This document shows positions 38,711-47,840 of a DNA stretch of 64,000 nucleotides, piece by piece (the first letter of the stretch is position 1; each line of letters opens with the position of its first letter). The DNA comes from an uncultured virus (IMG/VR IMGVR_UViG_3300047510_001499) (Duplodnaviria; Heunggongvirae; Uroviricota; Caudoviricetes). The notes below the pieces were generated by a model. That model searched no databases and was not told the DNA's origin. It worked only from the letters and a program-made list of their open reading frames with translations. The DNA is taken from the IMG/VR virus record IMGVR_UViG_3300047510_001499; one strand, 5' to 3'. The translations under genes and the position numbers were made by a program.

Positions 38711-39447
38711 GAACTCGTAAAGATGTAATTTTAGAGTATATCTTTGCACCATTAGGTGTGATTATGGTGGTGGGTGGCTTACTTTTTGTAGGAACAATGG
38801 CTACTTCGTGTAAGTCATCTATTTCTACGGAAGCATACAAAGCGGAGTTTGAACAAGCACAACCATTAAATACACTACCGGCTTATACTGGTGAAAAGCA
38901 AGTGGTTCAACTTGCTACTCTTAATGTTAACAAAGAACTTTGGGATATGTTCCCTGAACTTCGTGACAAAAGAGTTGGTATGGGTGTATCAAATCGTATT
39001 GTAGAGAACTTTGAAACAACTGGTAGGTTTACTTATGCTGAAGAAAAAGAAGCAATTGTAAACCAAATGTTGGATACTTGGGAAAAAGACTTACAAGGTC
39101 TTGGTGATGGTAAAACAAAATTAAATGTTGGTTCTGTGGTATTGCCAAAGTATATTGTGTATGCTGAAATCTATGACTTTTCGGTATCTTACGCTGAAAC
39201 TTACGACAAGGGTAAATTGAATAAAACCAACACTACAATTATTGGTATCCAAATCCGTATGGTAAATGTGGATAATTCTCAATACATTGTAGCATCAGGT
39301 CAAGGAACATCTACTCAAGTTGGTGAGGGTTACTTCAAAAACCCAACTATGGGGTTTGATAACTCTACCGTAGGTATCTCTACACAACGCGCTTTGGAGG
39401 TTGCTACTATGAACCTCATCAAGCGTATGGAACAAAATGGATGGTAA
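38707..39447 (+). CDS. CsgG/HfaB-like lipoprotein
   Basis: Hydrophobic N-terminus with ATSC lipobox; G..N.......TGRF...E, IYDF, IQIRMVNV..SQ pattern. Confidence 0.6.
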   Translation: MRTRKDVILEYIFAPLGVIMVVGGLLFVGTMATSCKSSISTEAYKAEFEQAQPLNTLPAYTGEKQVVQLATLNVNKELWDMFPELRDKRVGMGVSNRIVENFETTGRFTYAEEKEAIVNQMLDTWEKDLQGLGDGKTKLNVGSVVLPKYIVYAEIYDFSVSYAETYDKGKLNKTNTTIIGIQIRMVNVDNSQYIVASGQGTSTQVGEGYFKNPTMGFDNSTVGISTQRALEVATMNLIKRMEQNGW

Positions 39448-40888
39448 ACATTGGATAACTCTCCTATTTCTCGTATTGGGGTTTGGTGTAGCTGCACAAA
39501 CATATCAGTATAGCTACACCGACCCTTGTACAGGGATATTAAACACAGTTACAATTACACAACAAACGGGTTCGGTTACATTATTTTACGCCGGACAATA
39601 TCAAACTTTTACAGCGGCTCAATTACAAGCCGGAGCATATGAAGCTTGGATAGCTCAAATCAATGCTCAGTTTCCACCTGGTTCAAATCCTTGTGCTGGG
39701 AATGGTGGTCAAAACGCAAATAATTCCAACGTGAGTATTGGAACCAATTCAGCAACAAATATTACAAACATCATAGGTATAGCTACTTCAGTTAGTGGTT
39801 CTGCTTCGGGCGCTGCCGGAAATATTGGCGGTGGTATGGGTGGTGGTGATATGGGCGGTGGTGGTTCAAGTGGTGGTGACCCCGGTGAAAACGGAGCCGG
39901 TGGGTCATCTTCATCAAGTGGTGGCTCCGGTGGTGGTTCAAAACCACCTACCGGTGGAAGTGGTTCATCAAGTGGTGGTGGCTCTACCAGCGGTAGTGGT
40001 TCTACTGGCGGTGGAAGTGGTTCGGGTGGTGGTCAACCATCCGGTGGAGGTCAACCCGCGTCTGGTCAAGGTGAGGGTGGTGGTGGTTCCGTTCCATCAT
40101 CCGGTGGTGGTGGTGAAAGTGGTGGTGGAACCGAGCAAGGTGCTGTGGGTGAGAGTTCTACAACAACCGCAAGTGGTGGTGAATCCGAATCATCTTCATC
40201 CGAAGGTGGTGGTGGAGGTGGCGGTAGTCGTCAAAAATCAAAACAAGAGCGTATTGCAAGAGGTGCTTTAATTGGGGCTGGTGATATTGTTGTGATTAGA
40301 AACTCCGCTAATATCCAAGATACGGGTAAAGATAACCTAAAAGTAAACCTATCACTAACGCACGTTAATACAAAACAAAACTTTATTAAAGGTATGGCAT
40401 TAAACTATCAGACAGGTGAGAATGTAGCTAATGTGACTTTGTATGGTAGTTTTAAATCAAAAGGTTATATGGGTGTCTTTTCAAACTCATTTATGACCAA
40501 TTTTCAAACCGATTGGTTCAATACAGGTTCATTCTTAAATGCTCAAAAAACAGGTCCTGCGACCTGGTTGCTTGGTTTAAACTATACATTTGGTTCGTTG
40601 GGTAAAAGTGATTTCCAAAACTTTTCTCTTGTTGGCGGAACCTTTACAAATTTTAAAGGTGGTAAATCATTTAGTTCTAATGTAATGATGTTAGGTATTT
40701 ATAGTCCCTATGTGTTTTATTACGAAGGTCAATGGTATAAATCAGGAGTTATATTAGTTCCTATGATGAATATGGATTTTAAATTAACTGATAAGTTTAA
40801 ATGGAGCATTTCATTTAGTGGTGCTTATCAGCTTAATGCTGAAATTTTAAATTACCAAGTAATGACCGGAACAAAGATGTTGTTATGA
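39437..40888 (+). CDS. Secreted protein with long Gly/Ser linker and probable C-terminal outer-membrane beta-barrel
   Basis: Signal peptide; ~140 aa Gly/Ser tract; alternating aromatic/hydrophobic strands in C-terminal half. Confidence 0.6.
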   Translation: MDGKHWITLLFLVLGFGVAAQTYQYSYTDPCTGILNTVTITQQTGSVTLFYAGQYQTFTAAQLQAGAYEAWIAQINAQFPPGSNPCAGNGGQNANNSNVSIGTNSATNITNIIGIATSVSGSASGAAGNIGGGMGGGDMGGGGSSGGDPGENGAGGSSSSSGGSGGGSKPPTGGSGSSSGGGSTSGSGSTGGGSGSGGGQPSGGGQPASGQGEGGGGSVPSSGGGGESGGGTEQGAVGESSTTTASGGESESSSSEGGGGGGGSRQKSKQERIARGALIGAGDIVVIRNSANIQDTGKDNLKVNLSLTHVNTKQNFIKGMALNYQTGENVANVTLYGSFKSKGYMGVFSNSFMTNFQTDWFNTGSFLNAQKTGPATWLLGLNYTFGSLGKSDFQNFSLVGGTFTNFKGGKSFSSNVMMLGIYSPYVFYYEGQWYKSGVILVPMMNMDFKLTDKFKWSISFSGAYQLNAEILNYQVMTGTKMLL

Positions 40889-41877
40889 GATGGTTTATTT
40901 TTATTCTTATTTTTATACTCACAGTATCAATTGAGGGGTATTCTCAAACCTTTACTCATTCGGGAACTATTAGAACTGAAGGTAACATAGTTGTTCCAGG
41001 AGTAACAGTTAAACTTTATAAAAGAACTACTCCTGTAATAACAGGATTCACAAACCAGCAGAACTACAACGGACACTCTTACTATCGGTCAACAAGTTCT
41101 GCCTTCTGGTCAGCAGCCAAAGCTGCTTGTGAGAATATGGGTGGACATTTAGTAACAGTAACTTCAGCAGCTGAAAATAGCTTCATCTTCAATCTATGGC
41201 CATCTGGCTGGATTGGACTAACAGACGAAGTAACGGAAGGACAGTGGAGATGGGTTACAGGAGAAACTTATTCATACTCATCTTGGAATAGCGGTGAACC
41301 AAACAACGCAGGTAATGAAGACTACGTTCAGTTTGTTGGTGGTGGTAGATGGAATGACCTACCTAATAATGTATCTCTACCATATGTGTTAGAATTTGAA
41401 TACATAGTAACGACTACACCCTGGGTGTTACAAGCAACATCAGTCACAAATGCTAGCGGTCAATATTCATTTAGTCAGGTCACTAACCCTTCAGTTGAAT
41501 GGTATATTGAAGTAGTTGTTCCAACAGTCTCATCCAACCCAGCGATATCTGATTTTGATGGTCCAAGTGATGTTATTTTGGGTAGAACTGCTTTAAAACC
41601 ATATCACTATCACAAATATGATTTGAGTGGTGAGGGTAAAATTACAATTGCAGATATTTGTATAATTGCTGATAGAATAAATGGAACACCTTTTACAAAG
41701 AATACTTTACTCTTTACAAATACCCAATGGACAAGTTTAAATAGTGGAACTTCTGATTTAAGAGCCACAATACCCGGACTTGCAACTTCATACACATTTA
41801 CTCCCACATCGGGCGGAACAAGTAATTTCTATTTATTATCACCGGGTTATAACAATCAGTCAGCCTTGACCTATTAA
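40885..41877 (+). CDS. Secreted C-type lectin domain protein with dockerin-like loop
   Basis: YNGHSYY, W..A..AC...GGHLV...AEN, WIGLTD...EG.W.W, W..GEPNN, WND; YDLSGEGKITIAD. Confidence 0.8.
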   Translation: MRWFIFILIFILTVSIEGYSQTFTHSGTIRTEGNIVVPGVTVKLYKRTTPVITGFTNQQNYNGHSYYRSTSSAFWSAAKAACENMGGHLVTVTSAAENSFIFNLWPSGWIGLTDEVTEGQWRWVTGETYSYSSWNSGEPNNAGNEDYVQFVGGGRWNDLPNNVSLPYVLEFEYIVTTTPWVLQATSVTNASGQYSFSQVTNPSVEWYIEVVVPTVSSNPAISDFDGPSDVILGRTALKPYHYHKYDLSGEGKITIADICIIADRINGTPFTKNTLLFTNTQWTSLNSGTSDLRATIPGLATSYTFTPTSGGTSNFYLLSPGYNNQSALTY

Positions 41878-41878
41878 A

Positions 41879-43018
41879 ATGAAATGGATACTAACATTAT
41901 TACCATTTGTCACTTTTGGACAAACCATAACTCTGACTCCGATTGGAACGCAGGATGTTAGTGGTATACCTGTTCAAGTTGAACACTATGTAAATTATGT
42001 TCCAAACCACTCCATCTCATCGGTAACATATAACCCATTAGGAACAACTGGAACATCAGTATCATTGGGTGATGATGATAATATAGGCCCGTTTAACATA
42101 GGTTTTAACTTTGAGTTCTATGGGCAAACCTTTTCACAATTTAGAATATGCACCAATGGATTCATTACATTTGGTGACCCATCTGGAACTTATTCTCCCA
42201 CATCGTTTCCATCATCAGCAACTCCCAATGGTGTAGTAGCAGCATATTGGACAGACCTATTTCCAACCTCTGGTTATTATGTGAGATATAGAACCGAAGG
42301 AACTGCTCCAAATAGACAATTGGTTGTAAGTGCTCACCTAACCTATTATTCAAATAGAAATGCTTGGGTAGATTATCAGATTATTTTATTTGAAGGAACT
42401 AATAAAGTTCAAACCACAATCACATCACAAGGTTGGACTACCACAGCAACTCAAGGTGTGGAGAATCACCAAGGAACTTTAGCAGCAACTCCACCTGGTA
42501 GAAACCTTACATCATTCAATGGTGCAGGAACTACATTTGAATACACCCCGATGCCACCACTTCAAGGATGGGAATCACAAGGAACAAAAAATACAAATAC
42601 AAGTGGACAGGTATCCTTTACTAACTCACTTAACTGGCCATATAGAGTAACCATAAACACATCACAAAAAACACACTTAATAACTGATTTTAGTTTAAAC
42701 TATATGATGTTTATGAAAGCTGGATTAGGACCATTACAAGATTGGGACTTCTATACTTGTGATTGTGATAATTCATCAACATTTAATTGGGAAGATATTT
42801 ATTGGTGTTATATGTTGTATTCAAATGGGTATTACCATAACAAATATGTTTTCACTCAAGCTGAAAAAACAACAATAGAAAGTGATGTAAATACTAATTA
42901 TTATAACACTTACTTTCCAACTCAAGTAAGAACCATTGAAAATCAAAATCAGTTTTATATAATGGGAACCGGAATCCACAATGCTTCCCCTAATTCTAAT
43001 GTAGGAAAAATACAATGA
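41879..43018 (+). CDS. Secreted nidogen/NIDO-like adhesin with dockerin-like loop
   Basis: GDD...IGFNFEFYG, TNGFITF, VAAYWTDL, YQIILFEG; DCDNSSTFNWED. Confidence 0.65.
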   Translation: MKWILTLLPFVTFGQTITLTPIGTQDVSGIPVQVEHYVNYVPNHSISSVTYNPLGTTGTSVSLGDDDNIGPFNIGFNFEFYGQTFSQFRICTNGFITFGDPSGTYSPTSFPSSATPNGVVAAYWTDLFPTSGYYVRYRTEGTAPNRQLVVSAHLTYYSNRNAWVDYQIILFEGTNKVQTTITSQGWTTTATQGVENHQGTLAATPPGRNLTSFNGAGTTFEYTPMPPLQGWESQGTKNTNTSGQVSFTNSLNWPYRVTINTSQKTHLITDFSLNYMMFMKAGLGPLQDWDFYTCDCDNSSTFNWEDIYWCYMLYSNGYYHNKYVFTQAEKTTIESDVNTNYYNTYFPTQVRTIENQNQFYIMGTGIHNASPNSNVGKIQ

Positions 43019-43413
43019 ACGCAGTAATATGTTATTTTATTTCATCGGTAATTTCATTAGCAACTCTACCTGGAGTTCCTGCTGAAAAGTTAACCTTTGG
43101 TGCAAGACAAATCACAACCGAGTTAGTCGGTCAGAAATATTCATTATGTGATGATGGTAAGCCCGTAGAAGTAACCATCCTTTCGGTAGATGCTCCAACC
43201 ACTGGAATTCAAATTGGACCCTTTGAATTCAAATCAAAGAAGACAATTGTAAAAACCAAAGTGGTAATGAATGGTAAAGAGTATTATGGTATCGGAAAAG
43301 CAAAAACAAATGTTGCTGCTACGCTAATGCAATTACAAGATGAAGAACTACCATTTGAAAGAACCGAGTTTTCAGTAGCATTAAAAAAATCATTGGAAGA
43401 CGCTCTTAACTGA
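43015..43413 (+). CDS. Hypothetical exported protein
   Basis: Hydrophobic N-terminus; last gene of the envelope operon. Confidence 0.55.
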   Translation: MNAVICYFISSVISLATLPGVPAEKLTFGARQITTELVGQKYSLCDDGKPVEVTILSVDAPTTGIQIGPFEFKSKKTIVKTKVVMNGKEYYGIGKAKTNVAATLMQLQDEELPFERTEFSVALKKSLEDALN

Positions 43414-43421
43414 TATTTATT
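43413..43421 (+). promoter_or_regulatory. Putative phage late-promoter motif (ATATTTATT)
   Basis: TAnTTAT motif 3 nt before ATG 43425. Confidence 0.5.
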
Positions 43422-43424
43422 AGT

Positions 43425-44243
43425 ATGAAAAAACTCATCAATGAATGTATCATAGTAGCCAAGAGAGTTGGTGATACTCTTGTTATGGCGAAGAACCGAG
43501 ATAGGGCTTATAAGCCCGAACTTGAAGTGGTTCACGAAATTATTGATGGAGTTGAAGTAGCATATCTACGAGATACTATTACGGATTGGTCCGAAGGTAT
43601 GAACGAGTATGGTATTGGTATTCTCAATACAGCCCTTATGGTTGGATACGATGAGAACGAAAAGAAGATTGTGAAGAAGGGTGGTAAACCCTCAAAAGAT
43701 GGTGCAAGAATTAGACAAGCACTTTCAAAGAAAACACTTAAAGACACGCTTGTTCAAGTTGTAAGGGGTGATGGTGGTGTAAAGGGTCACACTATGATTG
43801 GAACACCACAAAAGGTAGTTTCGGTTGAGATGACCTCTAAACACTCACCTAAAATTGATGTTAGAGATGTTGACTCTGAAAACTTTGTAAGAACAAACCA
43901 CGGATATCATTATGGTGATGCTGGATATACGGAAGGACCTGATTACCTTTCATCCAAAATCAGAAAGATGTCTGCTGAAAAGGTGGTAGACAAAGTTGAA
44001 GATGCTATTGAGATTTTAAGAGGATTGAGAAAACAATTGTATAAACAAGACTCACCTCTTAATATGAGAAGAGATACACCAAAAATGTCCACTTCATCTC
44101 AATTGATGTTAAACCTTACTGATTTAGTATTAGAATTGGATTTCTTTGAAAGTAAGGTAGAAAAGTTTCACGGAATTGTGAATAAACTTCCAGAGGGTAG
44201 AACTCCGAGGATAAAAGTAGTTGTGAAAAAAATCAATCTATAA
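43425..44243 (+). CDS. Ntn-hydrolase (C45/C69-like) with N-terminal Cys nucleophile
   Basis: C8 followed by AKNRDR, EGMNEYGI.I.N, VRTNH. Confidence 0.7.
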   Translation: MKKLINECIIVAKRVGDTLVMAKNRDRAYKPELEVVHEIIDGVEVAYLRDTITDWSEGMNEYGIGILNTALMVGYDENEKKIVKKGGKPSKDGARIRQALSKKTLKDTLVQVVRGDGGVKGHTMIGTPQKVVSVEMTSKHSPKIDVRDVDSENFVRTNHGYHYGDAGYTEGPDYLSSKIRKMSAEKVVDKVEDAIEILRGLRKQLYKQDSPLNMRRDTPKMSTSSQLMLNLTDLVLELDFFESKVEKFHGIVNKLPEGRTPRIKVVVKKINL

Positions 44244-44258
44244 AACAGGAGATATGAA

Positions 44259-44399
44259 ATGGCTAAAATGAAAGCCCAAACCACAACTTCATTTCAAGAG
44301 AAGTCAAAAGTAAGTAGACCCGGCGTTCACGCTAAAACAAAAACATCGCAACTGAAATCTTCAAAAAACTACAAGAAGAAATACAGAGGACAGGGGTAA
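44259..44399 (+). CDS. Small basic protein ending KKKYRGQG
   Basis: 46 aa ORF below track cut-off, translated by hand; preceded by AGGAGA. Confidence 0.65.
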   Translation: MAKMKAQTTTSFQEKSKVSRPGVHAKTKTSQLKSSKNYKKKYRGQG

Positions 44400-44404
44400 A
44401 TAAG

Positions 44405-44527
44405 ATGGCAAAGTCAGCGAAAAAGAGATTGGCTCCGTCAAAGCCCAAAAGTAAAAAGACCCAAGTCAAGTTTGAAAAAAGAATGGAACACAATAATAAA
44501 GTGATTTCTAAACTTCAATCAAAATAA
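44405..44527 (+). CDS. Small basic protein
   Basis: 40 aa Lys-rich ORF (MAKSAKKRLAPSKPKSKK...), fills intergenic gap. Confidence 0.5.
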   Translation: MAKSAKKRLAPSKPKSKKTQVKFEKRMEHNNKVISKLQSK

Positions 44528-44531
44528 TTTT

Positions 44532-44540
44532 ATATTTATA
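44532..44540 (+). promoter_or_regulatory. Putative phage late-promoter motif (ATATTTATA)
   Basis: TAnTTAT motif 4 nt before ATG 44545. Confidence 0.5.
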
Positions 44541-44544
44541 CGAT

Positions 44545-45021
44545 ATGGCACTGATTAAAACAAAACGAGGATTAGAAAGACAAGCTCTTCAAACCATTCA
44601 CAATCCACCATCCGCTACTCAACAAGTTAAAGTGAGTAGAGAGAATCAGGATGAGAAAAGAAAAATGGTTAGAGAGTTGATTCCATTTCTTGCAATGTTA
44701 TACAAAAAATACTTGAATGCTAAGATTGAAGAACAATCATTAAAAGAAGCCAATATCTTTAAACATAGAGTATCACTTGACCCATCATCATTTGATAGAT
44801 TAAAATCAAATTACAAAAAGTTAAATTCAAAGAATGTTGTAATTGATGACGCATTTAAGAGTCAGACAATTTGGGGAGTTCGTAGAGGTGAGAGAGACGC
44901 TCATTGGAAATACGACACCGACACTTATGAATTACACTTTGATGATGTAAAAATACAACCACAAGTTCTTGGGTTGGTAAATTTCTTTAATAAAGTAAAA
45001 GATAATCACCCGTGGGCGTAA
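44545..45021 (+). CDS. Hypothetical (putative virion-internal) protein
   Basis: 158 aa ORF after late-type motif; internal LKE site. Confidence 0.55.
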   Translation: MALIKTKRGLERQALQTIHNPPSATQQVKVSRENQDEKRKMVRELIPFLAMLYKKYLNAKIEEQSLKEANIFKHRVSLDPSSFDRLKSNYKKLNSKNVVIDDAFKSQTIWGVRRGERDAHWKYDTDTYELHFDDVKIQPQVLGLVNFFNKVKDNHPWA

Positions 45022-47063
45022 TTGTAGAAGCGTGTTGGAAGGGATACAAACAAGCCGGTCTCAAGAAAAAGGGAGACCGAATGGTTCCCAACTGCGTTCC
45101 AATTAGCGAAGACATTAATATTCCAATTAATGTTGGTGATGTTGTCCTTGGTGGTAAATTCAAAAACAAAAGAATTGTTGTAAAGTCAATAAGTAAAAAC
45201 GAAAAAGGTGATATCACAATCAACGGAAAACCATTACTCAAATTTAGAATGGTTCAAGAAGGTGAGGATGTTATTGGTATTTGTGAGATGGGATGTGGTC
45301 CTCGTAAAAAGGGTGAATCTGAAGCCGACTACAAAAAAAGGTGTGGTGGATATACATACGCATTTCCACTTTATATGAGTTCAAAAGAAGAACCACAAGA
45401 AGAACCCACCACACCTCCTTCAGATTCAGAAACCCCAGCGGAAACTCCAACTGATGGTGGTATTGAAGAAGCAAATGCAGTTACTGGTGGTAAAATACAT
45501 AAATTCATTACAGGTAAAAACCTTACACTAAAAGGTAAGAAATATGCTGATATTGAATTTGAAGTGGTATCTACTGATAATAAATCCGAACTTGTTAGAT
45601 TGAGAATTTTATTCCCACTCAATCTTGCCGGTCAAGAATTGAATGTCCCATTCAAAACTATCAGAAGAGGACCATTCATCAAAACCCAAACTAAAGGGGT
45701 ATTTGAAACTATCAAAAAAGTAGATGGTAAGTATGTTGTATATCCAAAAAAGGGTGGTGATAGATTAGGAACTCACGACTCATACGAAGCAGCATTAAAA
45801 CAATTACAAGCCATTGAAGCAAGTAAAGCAAGACGCAATGAAGATTGGAGTGATAAATACAAACGCTCCATAGATTGTAATAATCCAAAAGGGTTTTCAC
45901 AAAAAGCACATTGTCAAGGTAGAAAAAAAAACGAATTACAACAACTTGAAGAAGACCTTCGTAATTGGTTTGGTAAAGGTAAGACTGGTTCATCCGATGG
46001 TGGTGGTTGGGATAGATATGGAACTGATGGTCAGAAATTAGGTAAGTGTGGTGATGGTGAAGATGGTGATGCTTACGCAGCGTGTTTATCAAAAGAGAAA
46101 GCTGCAAAACTTGGACCGGAAGGTAGAGCCGCATTCGTAAGAAGAAAAAGAGCTGACCAAAAGAAAGCAGGTGACGCTAAAAAGGGTGGTGAACAAAAGA
46201 AAGGTCAGAAACCTACATTCTCAAGGACGGGTGCAAGTGAAGGTGTAATCAACGAAAATGTAATCGCAAATATTCTCATCAAACTAATTGTATCGGCTGG
46301 CGTTATTGTAGTTAGAGTATTTTGGAATTTGTTTGTAGATAGAGTAGTTGATGGTGCTATAAGAACCTATCACGATATCAAAGATATTGTTGCGCCTGAA
46401 CCTTATATTAAATTCTTAAAGGGTTTAGCAAAGAACGACGCATTCAACAAACAATTTATTCAATTTGCTATTGAAAATAAAAAAGGAAAAAACCTCATTG
46501 GAAATAGTTGGATTGAAAAAGTAACAACTCTACCTGCATTCATAGAAGCATTTGATAGATTTACAAAAGATGAAGGTATTGATGGAAGTAATAAAACAAG
46601 ATTACTTGCTGTTATTAAAAAGTCAATGTGGGATACATACTTACGAAATTGGAAAGGTATTTATCAAATGTTGAAAAAGAAATACCCTCAACTTGCTAAT
46701 GAATTACCAGAAGGAAAGATAAACGAAATCCCAATGGCTGACCTTCAGAAGATTGACCAATTTGCAGATAAACAACTCAACCCACTTGATATAGTAATCA
46801 CCGACAAACATTTCTTTGATAGATTGAACGACCCTCGTAATGGTAAAGAAATCTCACAGGCGGAACTCATTGGGTTCTTCAAAAGATTGGGTAAGAACAA
46901 AAAACAATTCTTGGATTTCCTTGACAAGTATCAAGAAATGGTTGCGGTTGATGATAGAACCAATATCAACATCCCGTTTATGAAACAGGCGAACAAAGCA
47001 ATCGCTAAGACCATTATGAGAAAAAAAGATTTCAAATCTTCTACTCCAAAGTTGGATATTTAA
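45012..47063 (+). CDS. Modular hypothetical protein, possible protease-processed polyprotein
   Basis: 683 aa string of short basic/Cys-containing modules separated by x-x-E sites. Confidence 0.65.
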   Translation: MGVIVEACWKGYKQAGLKKKGDRMVPNCVPISEDINIPINVGDVVLGGKFKNKRIVVKSISKNEKGDITINGKPLLKFRMVQEGEDVIGICEMGCGPRKKGESEADYKKRCGGYTYAFPLYMSSKEEPQEEPTTPPSDSETPAETPTDGGIEEANAVTGGKIHKFITGKNLTLKGKKYADIEFEVVSTDNKSELVRLRILFPLNLAGQELNVPFKTIRRGPFIKTQTKGVFETIKKVDGKYVVYPKKGGDRLGTHDSYEAALKQLQAIEASKARRNEDWSDKYKRSIDCNNPKGFSQKAHCQGRKKNELQQLEEDLRNWFGKGKTGSSDGGGWDRYGTDGQKLGKCGDGEDGDAYAACLSKEKAAKLGPEGRAAFVRRKRADQKKAGDAKKGGEQKKGQKPTFSRTGASEGVINENVIANILIKLIVSAGVIVVRVFWNLFVDRVVDGAIRTYHDIKDIVAPEPYIKFLKGLAKNDAFNKQFIQFAIENKKGKNLIGNSWIEKVTTLPAFIEAFDRFTKDEGIDGSNKTRLLAVIKKSMWDTYLRNWKGIYQMLKKKYPQLANELPEGKINEIPMADLQKIDQFADKQLNPLDIVITDKHFFDRLNDPRNGKEISQAELIGFFKRLGKNKKQFLDFLDKYQEMVAVDDRTNINIPFMKQANKAIAKTIMRKKDFKSSTPKLDI

Positions 47064-47082
47064 AATTTATTTTGTATATTTG
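47052..47082 (+). promoter_or_regulatory. Bacteroidota-type promoter-like sequence
   Basis: TTG 47052-47054, 20 nt, TATATTTG 47075-47082. Confidence 0.6.
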
Positions 47083-47083
47083 T

Positions 47084-47836
47084 ATGAAGCTAATATCTCT
47101 TATAGTAGAAGGAATGTACGACAAGTTAGTTGGTGAGATAAACAAAGATATCTTTAAGACCATCAAATCCGCTATGCTTAAAAGCGGAACGCAAGAATCT
47201 CCAAAGAAGTATAAAGGTTACGCAGTTCGTAAAGAACCCGTGTTAACAATGTCTGACTTGTTTTTTTCAGAAAGACGCTCATTGTATGTTGGTGAATATA
47301 ACGATAGCGTAAGTGGTGTAGATGTTGAAGTAGACCTGAAGCTTGCAATCAGCGAAGAGGGTGTAACTCCTGGCAAATTCTTTATAGATGGTTCGGCCGA
47401 AGCTGATTCTGAATATCCTTCAATTGAAGTTCATATTGGTATTCACCCATCGGATGGTGAAACTATTTTTTCAAAGATTCAGCCAGTTCTTCGTGACTTG
47501 GTACGACACGAAGTAGAACACTTGACTCACGGAAGAAAGTCAGCGTCTGCAAAATCATCAAAGGTTTTGAGGGGTGATGAAAAAATGAGAGTTAAAATTA
47601 GACAAAATCCTGAATTATATTACAAGTATTATCTTTTACCAAAAGAGGTAGATGCAAACATTCAAGGATTATATTCAAAGGCAAAGACATTGAAGAAACC
47701 ATATCAACAAGTGGTTGATGACTATTTGGATTCTTTAGTTGATGATGGTATTATTACACCCAAGAACAGAATGTTAATTTATAAAACGTGGAAGAACCGA
47801 ATCACAAAAATCGGTGGTATTCCTAATTTGAAATAA
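47084..47836 (+). CDS. Putative zincin metallopeptidase
   Basis: VRHEVEH (HExxH) and downstream EVDA; ATG 47084 likely start. Confidence 0.6.
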   Translation: MKLISLIVEGMYDKLVGEINKDIFKTIKSAMLKSGTQESPKKYKGYAVRKEPVLTMSDLFFSERRSLYVGEYNDSVSGVDVEVDLKLAISEEGVTPGKFFIDGSAEADSEYPSIEVHIGIHPSDGETIFSKIQPVLRDLVRHEVEHLTHGRKSASAKSSKVLRGDEKMRVKIRQNPELYYKYYLLPKEVDANIQGLYSKAKTLKKPYQQVVDDYLDSLVDDGIITPKNRMLIYKTWKNRITKIGGIPNLK

Positions 47837-47840
47837 CACT

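Noticed and set aside
39790..40230. GGT-rich tract as tandem repeat element or separate ORF (39795..40271)
   Set aside because: Explained as the Gly/Ser linker of ORF 39437; the Val-rich alternate frame is a by-product.
45003..45021. Programmed frameshift joining ORFs 44545 and 45012
   Set aside because: Overlap is short, no XXXYYYZ slippery site is seen and a GTG start is available; an assembly error cannot be excluded.
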